Virus record (IMG/VR): IMGVR_UViG_3300029288_000060
Location: 192,001 to 256,000 of that record
Origin: a virus
Lineage: Duplodnaviria; Caudoviricetes
DNA: 64,000 nt
Strand: one strand, 5' to 3'
Positions 49,048-58,771 of this stretch are shown piece after piece; position 1 is the stretch's first letter, and each line of letters opens with the position of its first letter. Below the pieces are notes generated by a model. The model did not search any database. It saw nothing but the letters and a program-made list of their open reading frames with translations, and had not been told where the DNA came from. Both the position numbers and the translations under genes were made by a program.

Positions 49048-50304
49048 ATGAATATAGCTTTTATTTATATGAATAGTGAAAATAATGTAGGTAGGGGCGC
49101 TGGATATGTAGCAGGGTCAATAATTTCATCTGGTCATAATATAGATTTTTTTGAATCAAGATCAAATAAGGATGATAGAATAACAAATAAAATAATTGAT
49201 AATAATTATGATATTCTAATGATCTCAAGTATGTCTTTATTGTTTCCTTCTGCATTGAAAATAATAAGAAGTGTTAAATCAAAAAAAGAAATTCCTGTAT
49301 TAGTGGGCGGTATTCATGCTACAACTTTGAAAAAGAAAATATTACAAGAAAATCCATTGATTGATTATTTATGTATAGGTGAGGGAGAATCAATGGTTGT
49401 TGAATTTTTAGATAAGTTTGGTAAAGATGATTTTTATTCAATTCAAAATTTAGCTTATAGATTAAATGATCAAGTAATAGAAAATCCAGTTCGAGAACCA
49501 GAGGACTTATCAAAGATACCAACCTTTCCATGGAAACTTTTTAATAGTAAAACTGTTGTCAAAAAAAGTGGTATGTTATATGTATCAGCAACTAGAGGTT
49601 GTCCATTTAGGTGTACATATTGTTGTAATAATGTGTATCTAGATTTATACAAAAAAAATTATATTCGTCATAGACCTGTAAATAAAGTAATTGATGAATT
49701 ATTATATCTAAAGAAAAAGTATAATCCCAGAATTTTTTATTTTGGGGATGAAATGATTTTTTCTGACGAAAAATATGTAAAAGAATTATTTAAAGAAATA
49801 CATAAAATAGTTAAATTACCTTATGGAAGTATGGGAAGAGTTGAAAATATAAACAACGAAATTACAGATATGTTAAAAAATACTGGATGTAAATATTTAG
49901 CTATGGGAGTTGAATGCGGAGATGAAAAGTTCAGAAAAGAATTTTTAAATAGACATATGAGCAACGAAAAAATAAAAGAAGCATTTTCTTTATGTAGAAA
50001 AAAAGATATTTTTACAACAGCCTTTAATATAATTGGTTATCCAGTAGATTATGATGATGAATTAACAAAAAAGACTGTTGAATTTAATAAAGAAATTAAA
50101 CCTAATTTTTCTCAAGTAACGATTTTTTATCCATTTGAAGGAACAAAATTATATGACTATTGCATAGAAAATAATCTAATTGATCCAGCAAAGCATGTAA
50201 CTAGATATTATAGTGATTCAATTTTGAAAGGAAAAAATTTAATATCAAAATTAGAAGAGGTAAATAAAGTTTTAAATAGTAATAACAAAAAATTTAAAAT
50301 TTAA
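49048..50304 (+). CDS. B12-binding radical SAM protein
   Basis: VGGIHAT, IGEGE, TRGCPFRCTYC (CxxxCxxC), GVECG. Confidence 0.92.
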   Translation: MNIAFIYMNSENNVGRGAGYVAGSIISSGHNIDFFESRSNKDDRITNKIIDNNYDILMISSMSLLFPSALKIIRSVKSKKEIPVLVGGIHATTLKKKILQENPLIDYLCIGEGESMVVEFLDKFGKDDFYSIQNLAYRLNDQVIENPVREPEDLSKIPTFPWKLFNSKTVVKKSGMLYVSATRGCPFRCTYCCNNVYLDLYKKNYIRHRPVNKVIDELLYLKKKYNPRIFYFGDEMIFSDEKYVKELFKEIHKIVKLPYGSMGRVENINNEITDMLKNTGCKYLAMGVECGDEKFRKEFLNRHMSNEKIKEAFSLCRKKDIFTTAFNIIGYPVDYDDELTKKTVEFNKEIKPNFSQVTIFYPFEGTKLYDYCIENNLIDPAKHVTRYYSDSILKGKNLISKLEEVNKVLNSNNKKFKI

Positions 50305-50316
50305 AGGTGATAATAA

Positions 50317-50949
50317 ATGTCAATAAAAGAAGAAAAAATACTAAGAGTGTGTAATTATGCAAAAGATCCAACTAAATCATATGGAGGCAAATCATTTTAT
50401 ACTGGATATCATGATATAAAACTTGGTGGAACTGTATATAAAGGTCAAAGAAGTAATTCTGTTAGGTTATCAAATATTAAATACGATTTTAAAGATAAAG
50501 TTGTTTTTGATATTGGATGTAATAGCGGTGGTGTATTACACGAGTTAGCACCTATAATTAAATATGGAGTGGGTGTTGATAGCAATTCAAATTATATAAA
50601 TGTTGCTAATATTATTAAAGATTATAATCAAACAAATAATATAAATTTTTATACATTTAATTTAGATAAACAAAATATTCCTAATTTAAGTGATTTTATT
50701 TTACAAGATAAAGTTGATGTGTGTTTTTTTCTATCTATGGCAAAATGGGTAAAAAAATGGGTTGAAGTAGTTAGATATTGTTCCACAATATGTAATGTCA
50801 TATTATTTGAAACAAATGGAAATCGAAAAGAACAAAATACTCAAGAAAAAGTAGTAAGACAATATTATCCAAACACAACAATAATTTATAAACAATCATT
50901 AGATGATGTAAGTCAACATGATAGAAGATTATTAATGGGAATAAAATAA
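50317..50949 (+). CDS. class I SAM-dependent methyltransferase
   Basis: VFDIGCNSGG. Confidence 0.85.
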   Translation: MSIKEEKILRVCNYAKDPTKSYGGKSFYTGYHDIKLGGTVYKGQRSNSVRLSNIKYDFKDKVVFDIGCNSGGVLHELAPIIKYGVGVDSNSNYINVANIIKDYNQTNNINFYTFNLDKQNIPNLSDFILQDKVDVCFFLSMAKWVKKWVEVVRYCSTICNVILFETNGNRKEQNTQEKVVRQYYPNTTIIYKQSLDDVSQHDRRLLMGIK

Positions 50950-50952
50950 CAT

Positions 50953-51465
50953 ATGCCAAACAATACTTCAAAAATCTATTATCTAGATAATTCTTTCCAA
51001 TTAACTGCTATAAATAAAGCAGTTTATGTTAAAAAAGTAATTAAAAGAAATAAGAGACAATATGACTTTATAAATAAAGAAGTTAAATGGTTAAAGAAAT
51101 TAGAAGAATTTGATAGGGTTCCTGATATAATAAAGTTTGATGATATATCAATTACAATGACTTTTAAAGGAATACCTATTAATAGTAAAAATATACCACC
51201 TGACTGGAAAAGTCAATGTAAACTTATAGTAGATAATTTACTTAAATATGGGGTTAGTCATAATGATATTCAAAGAGGAGAAATTTTAATTCTAGACAAA
51301 AAAATAAATTTGATTGATTTTCAACATGCTACAAATACAAGAAAAGAGTTTGAAGAATTAAGAAACCAAGGAAAAACAACTTGTGGTTCTTGGATAAAAG
51401 ATGATTTAACTCAGTTGTTGAGCGAAGTTCATAGAATTCTAAAGGGAGGAATTACAAAAAAATGA
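50953..51465 (+). CDS. protein-kinase-like phosphotransferase (sugar/LPS kinase-like)
   Basis: KEVKWLKKL, VSHNDI, LIDF. Confidence 0.75.
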   Translation: MPNNTSKIYYLDNSFQLTAINKAVYVKKVIKRNKRQYDFINKEVKWLKKLEEFDRVPDIIKFDDISITMTFKGIPINSKNIPPDWKSQCKLIVDNLLKYGVSHNDIQRGEILILDKKINLIDFQHATNTRKEFEELRNQGKTTCGSWIKDDLTQLLSEVHRILKGGITKK

Positions 51466-52382
51466 AGATTCTAATAACAGGTGGTGCTGGTTTTATTGGT
51501 TCCAATTTAGCTGATAAGTTTATTGAGAGAGGAGATAAAGTTTTTATAATTGATAATTTACTTACTGGAAGATTGGATAATGTAAATGATAAAGCAATAT
51601 TTTTTAAAGAAACTATAGCAAATCAAAAAGAATTTAGATCTTTTTTTATAGAGGCAGAACCGGATGTTGTGATACATGCTGCAGCATCATATAAAGAACC
51701 AGATTTGTGGGAATTTGATGTTCAAAATAATATTCTTGGTACTATAAACGTAATTAGAAATTGTGAAGAATTTAAAGTAAAAAGATTGATTTATTTTGAA
51801 ACATCTTTATGCTATGGTAATAGTCCAATAGAACAACCAATAACATTAACCCATCCAATAAATCCTACTAATACTAGTTATGCAATAACAAAAACTGCAG
51901 CAGAATTATTTATCTTTTCAAGTAATTTAAATTACGTAACTTTTAGGTTAGCAAATTGTTATGGTCCTAGAAATACTGCTGGAGCAGTTCCTAGTTTTTA
52001 CATTAGATTAAAACAGGATATTCCTTGTTTTGCATATGATACTAGAAGAGATTTTATCTTCATTGATGATTTAATGAACGTTGTTATTAAAGCAGCTGAT
52101 GGAATTGGTAAAGGAACTTATCATATATCTACAGGAAAAGATTATGCAATAAAAGAAGTTTATGATATAGTTGCAAAATGTTTAGGAATTAATAAAGAAG
52201 CTGAGTTAAAACCAATATTACCAGATGATGTTTTTAGCATATTATTAGATCCATCAAAGACCATAGATACTTTTAAAGTTGAACCTAAAACTCCATTAGA
52301 AGAAGGAATAGAAAAAGCTGTAAAATGGTATGAATCTGTAAATTTATCTGAATTTTTTACCCATTTAAGAATATCAAAATAG
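51462..52382 (+). CDS. NAD-dependent epimerase/dehydratase (WbmG/WbmH-like SDR)
   Basis: TGGAGFIG, HAAASYKEPD, FETSLCYG, SYAITK. Confidence 0.88.
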   Translation: MKILITGGAGFIGSNLADKFIERGDKVFIIDNLLTGRLDNVNDKAIFFKETIANQKEFRSFFIEAEPDVVIHAAASYKEPDLWEFDVQNNILGTINVIRNCEEFKVKRLIYFETSLCYGNSPIEQPITLTHPINPTNTSYAITKTAAELFIFSSNLNYVTFRLANCYGPRNTAGAVPSFYIRLKQDIPCFAYDTRRDFIFIDDLMNVVIKAADGIGKGTYHISTGKDYAIKEVYDIVAKCLGINKEAELKPILPDDVFSILLDPSKTIDTFKVEPKTPLEEGIEKAVKWYESVNLSEFFTHLRISK

Positions 52383-52393
52383 AGGAGAATTGC

Positions 52394-53083
52394 ATGTTTA
52401 CTAAAGAACCAAAGAGAATTGTTAATGGGATTTATGATTATATTGGTGAAGATAAAAACGAATATGTAGATATTTATGAAAAAATATGGTCAACTTTTAA
52501 TGAAGGTCCAAGTCTTGAGACTCAAACTATATCTAATTGTTGTGAAATATTAATTAACAATTATCAACCAGAAAATAAAGATAAGAAATTAATTGATATT
52601 GGATGTGGGTTTGGTTATGTTATAAATCATATTCCTCTTGCAAATATAGTTGCAGTTGATATTTCAATGAGTCAATTAGAAAAATTAAAAGATTATGGTT
52701 ATAAAAGGATTAGAACATTTTCAGAGGATATTCCTATAGAGGATTCATATTTTGATATTATTATTTGTACTGATGTTTTTGAACATGTAGAAAATGTAGA
52801 TAAATTAAGTGATGAATTACATAGATTAATAAAACCTGGCGGAATGTTATTATTTGCAACTCCTTGGGAACAAGATTTATCAGTATACCATACAAAAGAA
52901 TATAGAGAAAAATTTATGAAATTTAATTTTATTCCACATTTAAGATCTGTAAACAATAAAACCATTGAAAAATATTTTGAAGGGTTTGATATAGTTTCGT
53001 CTACTTTTATAACTGTTCATATGAAAGAAATGACTATTAAACCATATCCAATAATATTTATTCAATTTATAAGGAAAGATTGA
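52394..53083 (+). CDS. class I SAM-dependent methyltransferase
   Basis: IDIGCGFG, DVFEHV, KPGG. Confidence 0.9.
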   Translation: MFTKEPKRIVNGIYDYIGEDKNEYVDIYEKIWSTFNEGPSLETQTISNCCEILINNYQPENKDKKLIDIGCGFGYVINHIPLANIVAVDISMSQLEKLKDYGYKRIRTFSEDIPIEDSYFDIIICTDVFEHVENVDKLSDELHRLIKPGGMLLFATPWEQDLSVYHTKEYREKFMKFNFIPHLRSVNNKTIEKYFEGFDIVSSTFITVHMKEMTIKPYPIIFIQFIRKD

Positions 53084-54327
53084 TGAAATTATTATATAAT
53101 TATAAAGATAAAGTTTTTAGTTGTTTACAAGATATTATAGACAATAATAAATTAGAAATTGACTTCGAAAGCATATGTGAAGAGTTAATACCTTTTCAAG
53201 CTTTCATAACCGGGAGAACTTTCTTTAAGGGTGTAAGTATAGAACCAAGTTTTAAATATCAACCAGATAAACAAGATAATGATATTATTTTTAACAATGT
53301 TTTTTTTAGTAATGGAGTTGATAGTTATCTAAAAGAAAATAATTATAGCAATTTAAAAAACCCAATAGCGACAGTTTCGGGTGGAATAGATTCATCAGTT
53401 GTTGCTATGGAATTAAAACCAAAAATAATATACTCTGGTTATTATGACGATGATGAATTTTTCGATGAAACTCCATATTCTAAATCTGTTGCAAAGGCAA
53501 TAAATGTAAAACATTTATTATTTAAATTGACTGAGGATGATTTTTTAAATAATTTATATGAATACATAAAAATGTCTGGTTCTCCAATTGTTGGTTTGGG
53601 TGCTATTATGGAATTCACATTATTAAAAAAGATTTTATATGAAGAGAAAATAGATACTGATTGTATTTTATTTGGTAATGGTGGCGATGAAATTTTTATG
53701 GGATATTATTTTAACTATTTTGTTAAGGATTTTTGGGAATATGGGCATGAAAAAATAGAAAAATATATGTCTAATTTTTTACCAACTAAAATCTCTATAA
53801 CAGAAAAAGTTATTGATTTTATGTTAATAGCGTCTTTAACTAGGTCATCAATTGATAGTTTATATTCACCATTTGTTATTAATAATTTTTTACCAAGAAT
53901 TCAACAAATTGAGACGCTTTTAGATAAACTTTTGTTTATCAACATTAATTATACATTACCTACTTTATTGAATATGTATTCTCAATTTAGCAATTATTTT
54001 GGTATTAAATGTTTAAATCCACTAGCGAATGATCTATTTATTAATTCTGCTAGAAAAATTAATGAACCAATGACAGAAATACCAAAAAATAAATTAAGAG
54101 AAATTCATAAAGAATTACCAGACAAAGTAAGGAAAAATTACCTTAAGAGAGGATTTCCAATTCCTATTCATAATTGGAAAAAGTTGGAAAATATAATGAA
54201 AGAACCTTATGATTCTTTTTTTAATAGAAAAAATGTAACTCTTGAAAAGCGATTATTTGATGGAATAAATAGATTTACTTGGGGAGTTTTTCAAGCAGAA
54301 TTATTTTTAAGAAGTATGGGAAAATAA
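53080..54327 (+). CDS. asparagine synthase-like amidotransferase (synthetase domain only)
   Basis: SGGIDSS PP-loop, GNGGDEIFMGY, KRGFPIP. Confidence 0.82.
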   Translation: MMKLLYNYKDKVFSCLQDIIDNNKLEIDFESICEELIPFQAFITGRTFFKGVSIEPSFKYQPDKQDNDIIFNNVFFSNGVDSYLKENNYSNLKNPIATVSGGIDSSVVAMELKPKIIYSGYYDDDEFFDETPYSKSVAKAINVKHLLFKLTEDDFLNNLYEYIKMSGSPIVGLGAIMEFTLLKKILYEEKIDTDCILFGNGGDEIFMGYYFNYFVKDFWEYGHEKIEKYMSNFLPTKISITEKVIDFMLIASLTRSSIDSLYSPFVINNFLPRIQQIETLLDKLLFININYTLPTLLNMYSQFSNYFGIKCLNPLANDLFINSARKINEPMTEIPKNKLREIHKELPDKVRKNYLKRGFPIPIHNWKKLENIMKEPYDSFFNRKNVTLEKRLFDGINRFTWGVFQAELFLRSMGK

Positions 54328-54348
54328 CTAAAAGGAGAATATTGTAAC

Positions 54349-55503
54349 ATGGAAAAAAGAAATGTGCCTTTATCAAGATTATGGATTGATAAAAATGAAT
54401 TAATCGAAGTCAAAAAAGTTTTAGAAACTGGATGGTTGACAAAAGGTCCTAAAAATTTAGAATTAGAAAAAATGGTATCTGAATATTTGGGTGTAAAACA
54501 TGTTGTATGTACTTCCTCTTGTACTACAGCTTTACATTTAGCAATTGCGTCATTAGGTATTATTACTAAACAAGGTGAAGAAGATGAAATATTGGTAGCA
54601 GATTATACATATCCAGCAACTGGTCACGCTGTTAAATATTGCGGTTTAAAACCAGTTTTTGTTGATATTGATAAGAAGACTTATAATATGGATTACAAAG
54701 ATTTAAAGAAAAAAATAAATAAAAAAAGAACCAGAGCAATAATTGTTGTACATACCTTTGGTCAGTCTGCAGACATGGAAAAGATTATGAAAATTGCTAA
54801 CAAGAAAAATATTCCAGTAATTGAAGATGCAGCGTGCGCTTTAGGATCTAAATTTAAAGGACAATATTGTGGAACAATAGGAAAGATTGGATGTTTTTCA
54901 ATGCATGCTACAAAAGGTGTAGCGACTGGAGAAGGCGGACTTTTAGTAACCAATGATGATGATATTGCTATAAGAGCAAGGAGTCTTGGTTCATTTGGTT
55001 TAAATACTTGGAATAGAGAAATAAGTAAAGAGTTTAATATTCCAGTATTTGAAAATATAGGTTTTAACTATAAAATGAGTGATTTATCTGCTGCAGTTGG
55101 TATAGCTCAATTTAAAAAATTAGGTAAAATTATTAAAAAGAAAAATGCTCTTGCTAGATATTGGAATAAAAGATTAAAAGAAATTGATTATATAGAAGCT
55201 CCATATATCAGAAAAGGAAAAGGAAACATACATAATTATCAAGGTTATAGTTGTTTGGTATCTCCAGTTGTTAATAGAAATAAATTAATCCAAGTATTAA
55301 AAGATTATGGTATTCAATGTCAGATTGGTACTTATTGTTCTTATATTCAACCTTGTTATAATAATGAAGAAGACGAATGTTTTAATTCATTAGATGTATA
55401 TAATAGATCTATTAGGTTACCTATGTTTTATAAGCTAAAAAGATCTGATATTGATTATGTAATTGATATATTAAAAGAGATTAGAAGTCAGGTATTTATT
55501 TAA
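54349..55503 (+). CDS. DegT/DnrJ/EryC1/StrS sugar aminotransferase
   Basis: SSCTTALH, IEDAACALG, FSMHATK, GEGG, GFNYKMSD. Confidence 0.95.
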   Translation: MEKRNVPLSRLWIDKNELIEVKKVLETGWLTKGPKNLELEKMVSEYLGVKHVVCTSSCTTALHLAIASLGIITKQGEEDEILVADYTYPATGHAVKYCGLKPVFVDIDKKTYNMDYKDLKKKINKKRTRAIIVVHTFGQSADMEKIMKIANKKNIPVIEDAACALGSKFKGQYCGTIGKIGCFSMHATKGVATGEGGLLVTNDDDIAIRARSLGSFGLNTWNREISKEFNIPVFENIGFNYKMSDLSAAVGIAQFKKLGKIIKKKNALARYWNKRLKEIDYIEAPYIRKGKGNIHNYQGYSCLVSPVVNRNKLIQVLKDYGIQCQIGTYCSYIQPCYNNEEDECFNSLDVYNRSIRLPMFYKLKRSDIDYVIDILKEIRSQVFI

Positions 55504-55676
55504 ACAAAAAAATATAAGGAGGCGGGCAGGGCTCTTTATATGAGCCCATCCCGCCTGATGGTTTGAGAGGCGGGAGACATCCTAGTCATCCCATTCTCTG
55601 GTGCGAACAGAGCAGTCGTTTATTCCATTGGACTTTTCGCACTCCTCAAGATTATCGACTCTTTTTAATTCCTCTC
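55503..55676 (-). ncRNA. candidate structured ncRNA A (rod-like hairpin plus terminator)
   Basis: GC-rich, no ORF; 5' GAGAGG pairs with CCUCUC, GUGCGAA with UUCGCAC, AGUC with GACU; hairpin 55520-55556 followed by a U-tract. Confidence 0.65.
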
Positions 55677-55693
55677 AAAAATTAATATATGTA
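55676..55693 (-). promoter_or_regulatory. phage promoter-like motif
   Basis: TACATATATTAAT-TTTT-GA. Confidence 0.7.
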
Positions 55694-55730
55694 ATAGGTA
55701 ATTTTATAATGAATTTCTTCGAGGCTAAAA

Positions 55731-56663
55731 ATGAAAATTTTAGTTAGTGGGTCATGTGGATTTATCGGATTCCATCTTTGTAAAAAATTATTAGAATTAG
55801 GGCATGAAGTTATTGGTATTGATAATTTTAATGATTATTATGATCCGCAAATAAAAAGTGATCGATATTTAAAATTAAATAATTGTGTTATACTTGGAAA
55901 TATTGAGGATCCTAATACATATAGAGATATACCTAAAGTAGATTTAGTTATTCACTTAGCAGCTCAAGCTGGAGTAAGATATAGTCTAATTAATCCAGAA
56001 TCATATATCCAAACTAATATTTTAGGATCATTTAGATTAATAGATTTCGCTAAAAAATGTGAATGTGAAAGATTTATTTATGCATCATCTGCATCAGTAT
56101 ATGGAAAAAATCAAATTCCGTGGCATGAGGAAATGAATTTATTAGAACCAATTAGTTTATATGGAGCAACTAAAATATCCTTAGAATCTATAGCAGATTC
56201 ATATTATGAAATGTTTGGTTTAAAATCTGTTGGTTTAAGATTCTTTTCTGTTTATGGACCTTGGGGAAGACCAGATTTATCTTTATGGAAATGGACAGAA
56301 GGTATACTAAAAAATGAACCAATTAAGATTTTTAACTATGGAAAAAATAAAAGATCATGGACTTATATAGATGATTTAATTCCAGGTATAATTAAAACAT
56401 TAACTTCTGAAGGAAATATCGAAAAATTTAATCTTGGTTCTGATAGATTGGTTGATATAGATTATTCAGTTACTTGCATAGAAAATTATTTAGGAATTAA
56501 AGCAAAAAAAGAATACGAACCAATGCAGGATGGGGATATAGTTGAAGCAAATCCTGATTTAAATAAATCTAAAAAAATATTAGATTTTAATCCAGAAATA
56601 GAATTTGAAGAAGGTATTAAAAAATTCATAGATTGGTTTAAGGAGTATAAAAATTATGAATAA
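55731..56663 (+). CDS. UDP-glucuronate 4-epimerase-like SDR
   Basis: GSCGFIG, HLAAQAGVRYS, YGATK, VYGPWGRPD. Confidence 0.9.
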   Translation: MKILVSGSCGFIGFHLCKKLLELGHEVIGIDNFNDYYDPQIKSDRYLKLNNCVILGNIEDPNTYRDIPKVDLVIHLAAQAGVRYSLINPESYIQTNILGSFRLIDFAKKCECERFIYASSASVYGKNQIPWHEEMNLLEPISLYGATKISLESIADSYYEMFGLKSVGLRFFSVYGPWGRPDLSLWKWTEGILKNEPIKIFNYGKNKRSWTYIDDLIPGIIKTLTSEGNIEKFNLGSDRLVDIDYSVTCIENYLGIKAKKEYEPMQDGDIVEANPDLNKSKKILDFNPEIEFEEGIKKFIDWFKEYKNYE

Positions 56664-57120
56664 CTTTATAAAAGATTGCGATTCATTAAATGCTCCAGAA
56701 TTAGCCTATTTTGTTTTACATAATAAAATTAAAAGAATTGGTGGCAGAGAAGCTAATCATATCGCTCGTTTAATAAATGGAATTGAAATTGACTTAAGGA
56801 TACCTGAAAAAGAGATGAAAATATTAATGGCTTTGAAAAAAGTTGAAATGCGTTCATCTTGTGAAGGCAGTGAAAATTATGGACCATTTTTTATTTTTAG
56901 ATTTGTTGATAATAAAGATAAAAAATTTATAAATTCATTTTGTGATTATATGATGTATAAAGATTCATCAACTCTTTCTAAATTTGGAATGGGAAGAATG
57001 AATGAATATAGAATAATTGTTACTGGTAATTTTTTAAAAGATTCAGTTACTAAAACTGAATATAATAATTGGTGGAAAAATGTAACAAAAAAAATGGAGC
57101 ATTTTTGTAAGAATAATTAA
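56656..57120 (+). CDS. hypothetical protein
   Basis: 154 aa ORF with SSCEG motif. Confidence 0.7.
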   Translation: MNNFIKDCDSLNAPELAYFVLHNKIKRIGGREANHIARLINGIEIDLRIPEKEMKILMALKKVEMRSSCEGSENYGPFFIFRFVDNKDKKFINSFCDYMMYKDSSTLSKFGMGRMNEYRIIVTGNFLKDSVTKTEYNNWWKNVTKKMEHFCKNN

Positions 57121-57126
57121 TTGTAT

Positions 57127-57455
57127 AAACAAAAAAAAAGTGGGGGACGATATTCGATCATCCCCCTTATCGCAACCCGACCCGAACCATATTTAATGGA
57201 TTATCTCCATGGAATTTTGGGGGGTTGCAATTTTTTAATAATCTCCCAGCGCAAGTTTTTCTTTTTGAGTAAAAGAGATCGGACTGACGTCGCTGGGAGT
57301 GCGCACCTTTTCACATTGTCTGCTGGTTAGTACCTTAGCGAAGAAGAGGCCTTACTTTTGCCAGCATTCAAAAGTACTTCTTTCGTTTCTGGTTTTCAGA
57401 GTTTCTCAAGCTCCTAGAACAGAAATTCAGTACCGACCTTACCTTCTTTCTATTC
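57127..57455 (-). ncRNA. candidate structured ncRNA B (multi-hairpin, pseudoknot)
   Basis: Several strong stems, loop UGCUGG complementary to downstream CCAGCA, terminator 57142-57166 plus U-tract, promoter motif at 57455-57472. Confidence 0.7.
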
Positions 57456-57487
57456 ATAAATAAATATATATAAAGGATCATTTAATA

Positions 57488-58564
57488 ATGAAAAAAATTG
57501 TTACTATTATTGGAGCAAGGCCGCAGTTTATAAAAGCCTCTGTAATATCGAATTTAATAAAATATAGAGATGATATAGAAGAAGTAATAATTCATACTGG
57601 TCAACATTTTAATGAACTAATGTCTGATATTTTCTTTAAAGATTTAAATATACCTGAACCGAAATATAATCTCAACATTTCTAGTTTGTCGCATGGTGCT
57701 ATGACTGGGAGAATGATATCTGACATTGAGGTGGTATTAAATATTGAAAAACCAGATTTAGTTCTAGTATATGGAGATACTAATTCAACTTTAGCAGGAG
57801 CATTAGCTTCTAGTAAACTTGGTATTCCAATTGCGCATGTTGAAGCTGGGCTTAGATCATTTAATAAAAAAATGCCAGAAGAGATAAATAGAAAACTAAC
57901 TGATCATGTTTCTGATTATTTATTTTGTCCCACTATAAAATCCTTAGAAAATTTAAAAAATGAAGGAATAATCAGTAACGTAGAATTAGTTGGTGATATT
58001 ATGTATGATTCCTTTCTTAATAACCAAAAACGAGACAAAAATTGTTTAGAAAGTATAAATTTAAAATCAAAAGAATTTTGTTTATTAACTTTGCATAGGC
58101 AAGAAAACACAGAAAATTATAATAAAATTTGTGAGTTATTAAATGCAATTAATATTATTTCTAATGAAAATAATTATAAAACTATATTTCCTATGCATCC
58201 AAGGATTGTTAAATTTCTAGAAAAAAATAATTATGACTTTTCTAAAAATAAAGATATTTACTTTATTGCTCCATTATCTTATTTAGATATGATTTGCTTA
58301 GAAATAAATTCAAAACTTATTTTTACAGATTCTGGCGGAATTCAAAAAGAAGCATATTGGGCAAAAACTCCTTGTATAACTTTACGAGAAGAAACAGAAT
58401 GGGTTGAATTATTAGATACAGAAATGAATGTATTAACGGGATTAAATAATGAAAAAATAAAATCAGAATTTCTTAATTTTGAAACTAAATATTTGAATTT
58501 TAGTAATCCTTTATATGGTGATGGGAAAACTGGACAAAAAATTTTAGAAACCATAACTAAATAA
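57488..58564 (+). CDS. wecB: UDP-N-acetylglucosamine 2-epimerase (non-hydrolysing, WecB/WbpI-like)
   Basis: GARPQFIK, HTGQH, VYGDTNS, HVEAGLRS, PEEINR, TDSGGIQKEA. Confidence 0.93.
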   Translation: MKKIVTIIGARPQFIKASVISNLIKYRDDIEEVIIHTGQHFNELMSDIFFKDLNIPEPKYNLNISSLSHGAMTGRMISDIEVVLNIEKPDLVLVYGDTNSTLAGALASSKLGIPIAHVEAGLRSFNKKMPEEINRKLTDHVSDYLFCPTIKSLENLKNEGIISNVELVGDIMYDSFLNNQKRDKNCLESINLKSKEFCLLTLHRQENTENYNKICELLNAINIISNENNYKTIFPMHPRIVKFLEKNNYDFSKNKDIYFIAPLSYLDMICLEINSKLIFTDSGGIQKEAYWAKTPCITLREETEWVELLDTEMNVLTGLNNEKIKSEFLNFETKYLNFSNPLYGDGKTGQKILETITK

Positions 58565-58568
58565 AAAC

Positions 58569-58593
58569 AAAAAAACAGGTTGCCCTGTTTTTT
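58569..58593. terminator. bidirectional intrinsic terminator
   Basis: AAAAAAACAGG-TTGC-CCTGTTTTTT between convergent genes. Confidence 0.75.
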
Positions 58594-58610
58594 CCTTCAT
58601 GTGGAAGATA

Positions 58611-58751
58611 TTACTTATCTGTTTTTTCTTCCACTCTGAAGATGTTCACGGCCCTTGTATCAGGCGGATAGACACGGTTTAGAAATTTTATAAACTCTTT
58701 CAGATCTGTGTTTGTTCCCGAGTATGATACTATCAATCCTCTTTCTTCCAT
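58611..58751 (-). CDS. small hypothetical protein, 46 aa (not in ORF track)
   Basis: MEERGLIVSYSGTNTDLKEFIKFLNRVYPPDTRAVNIFRVEEKTDK with AAGGAGG RBS. Confidence 0.7.
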   Translation of the reverse strand: MEERGLIVSYSGTNTDLKEFIKFLNRVYPPDTRAVNIFRVEEKTDK

Positions 58752-58771
58752 TTGTTTCCTCCTTTTTATAA

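Noticed and set aside
55620-55650. RNase P RNA (AAAGUCC)
   Set aside because: Too short, and lacks the other conserved regions
57121-57330. 69 aa plus-strand ORF in the ORF track
   Set aside because: TTG start, no RBS, atypical composition; it is the antisense of the structured RNA candidate
34019-58564. Bacterial chromosomal O-antigen or capsule locus, or a prophage boundary
   Set aside because: No wzx, wzy, wzm, wzt or initiating transferase; phage structural genes and phage promoter motifs are interleaved; no integrase or att site seen
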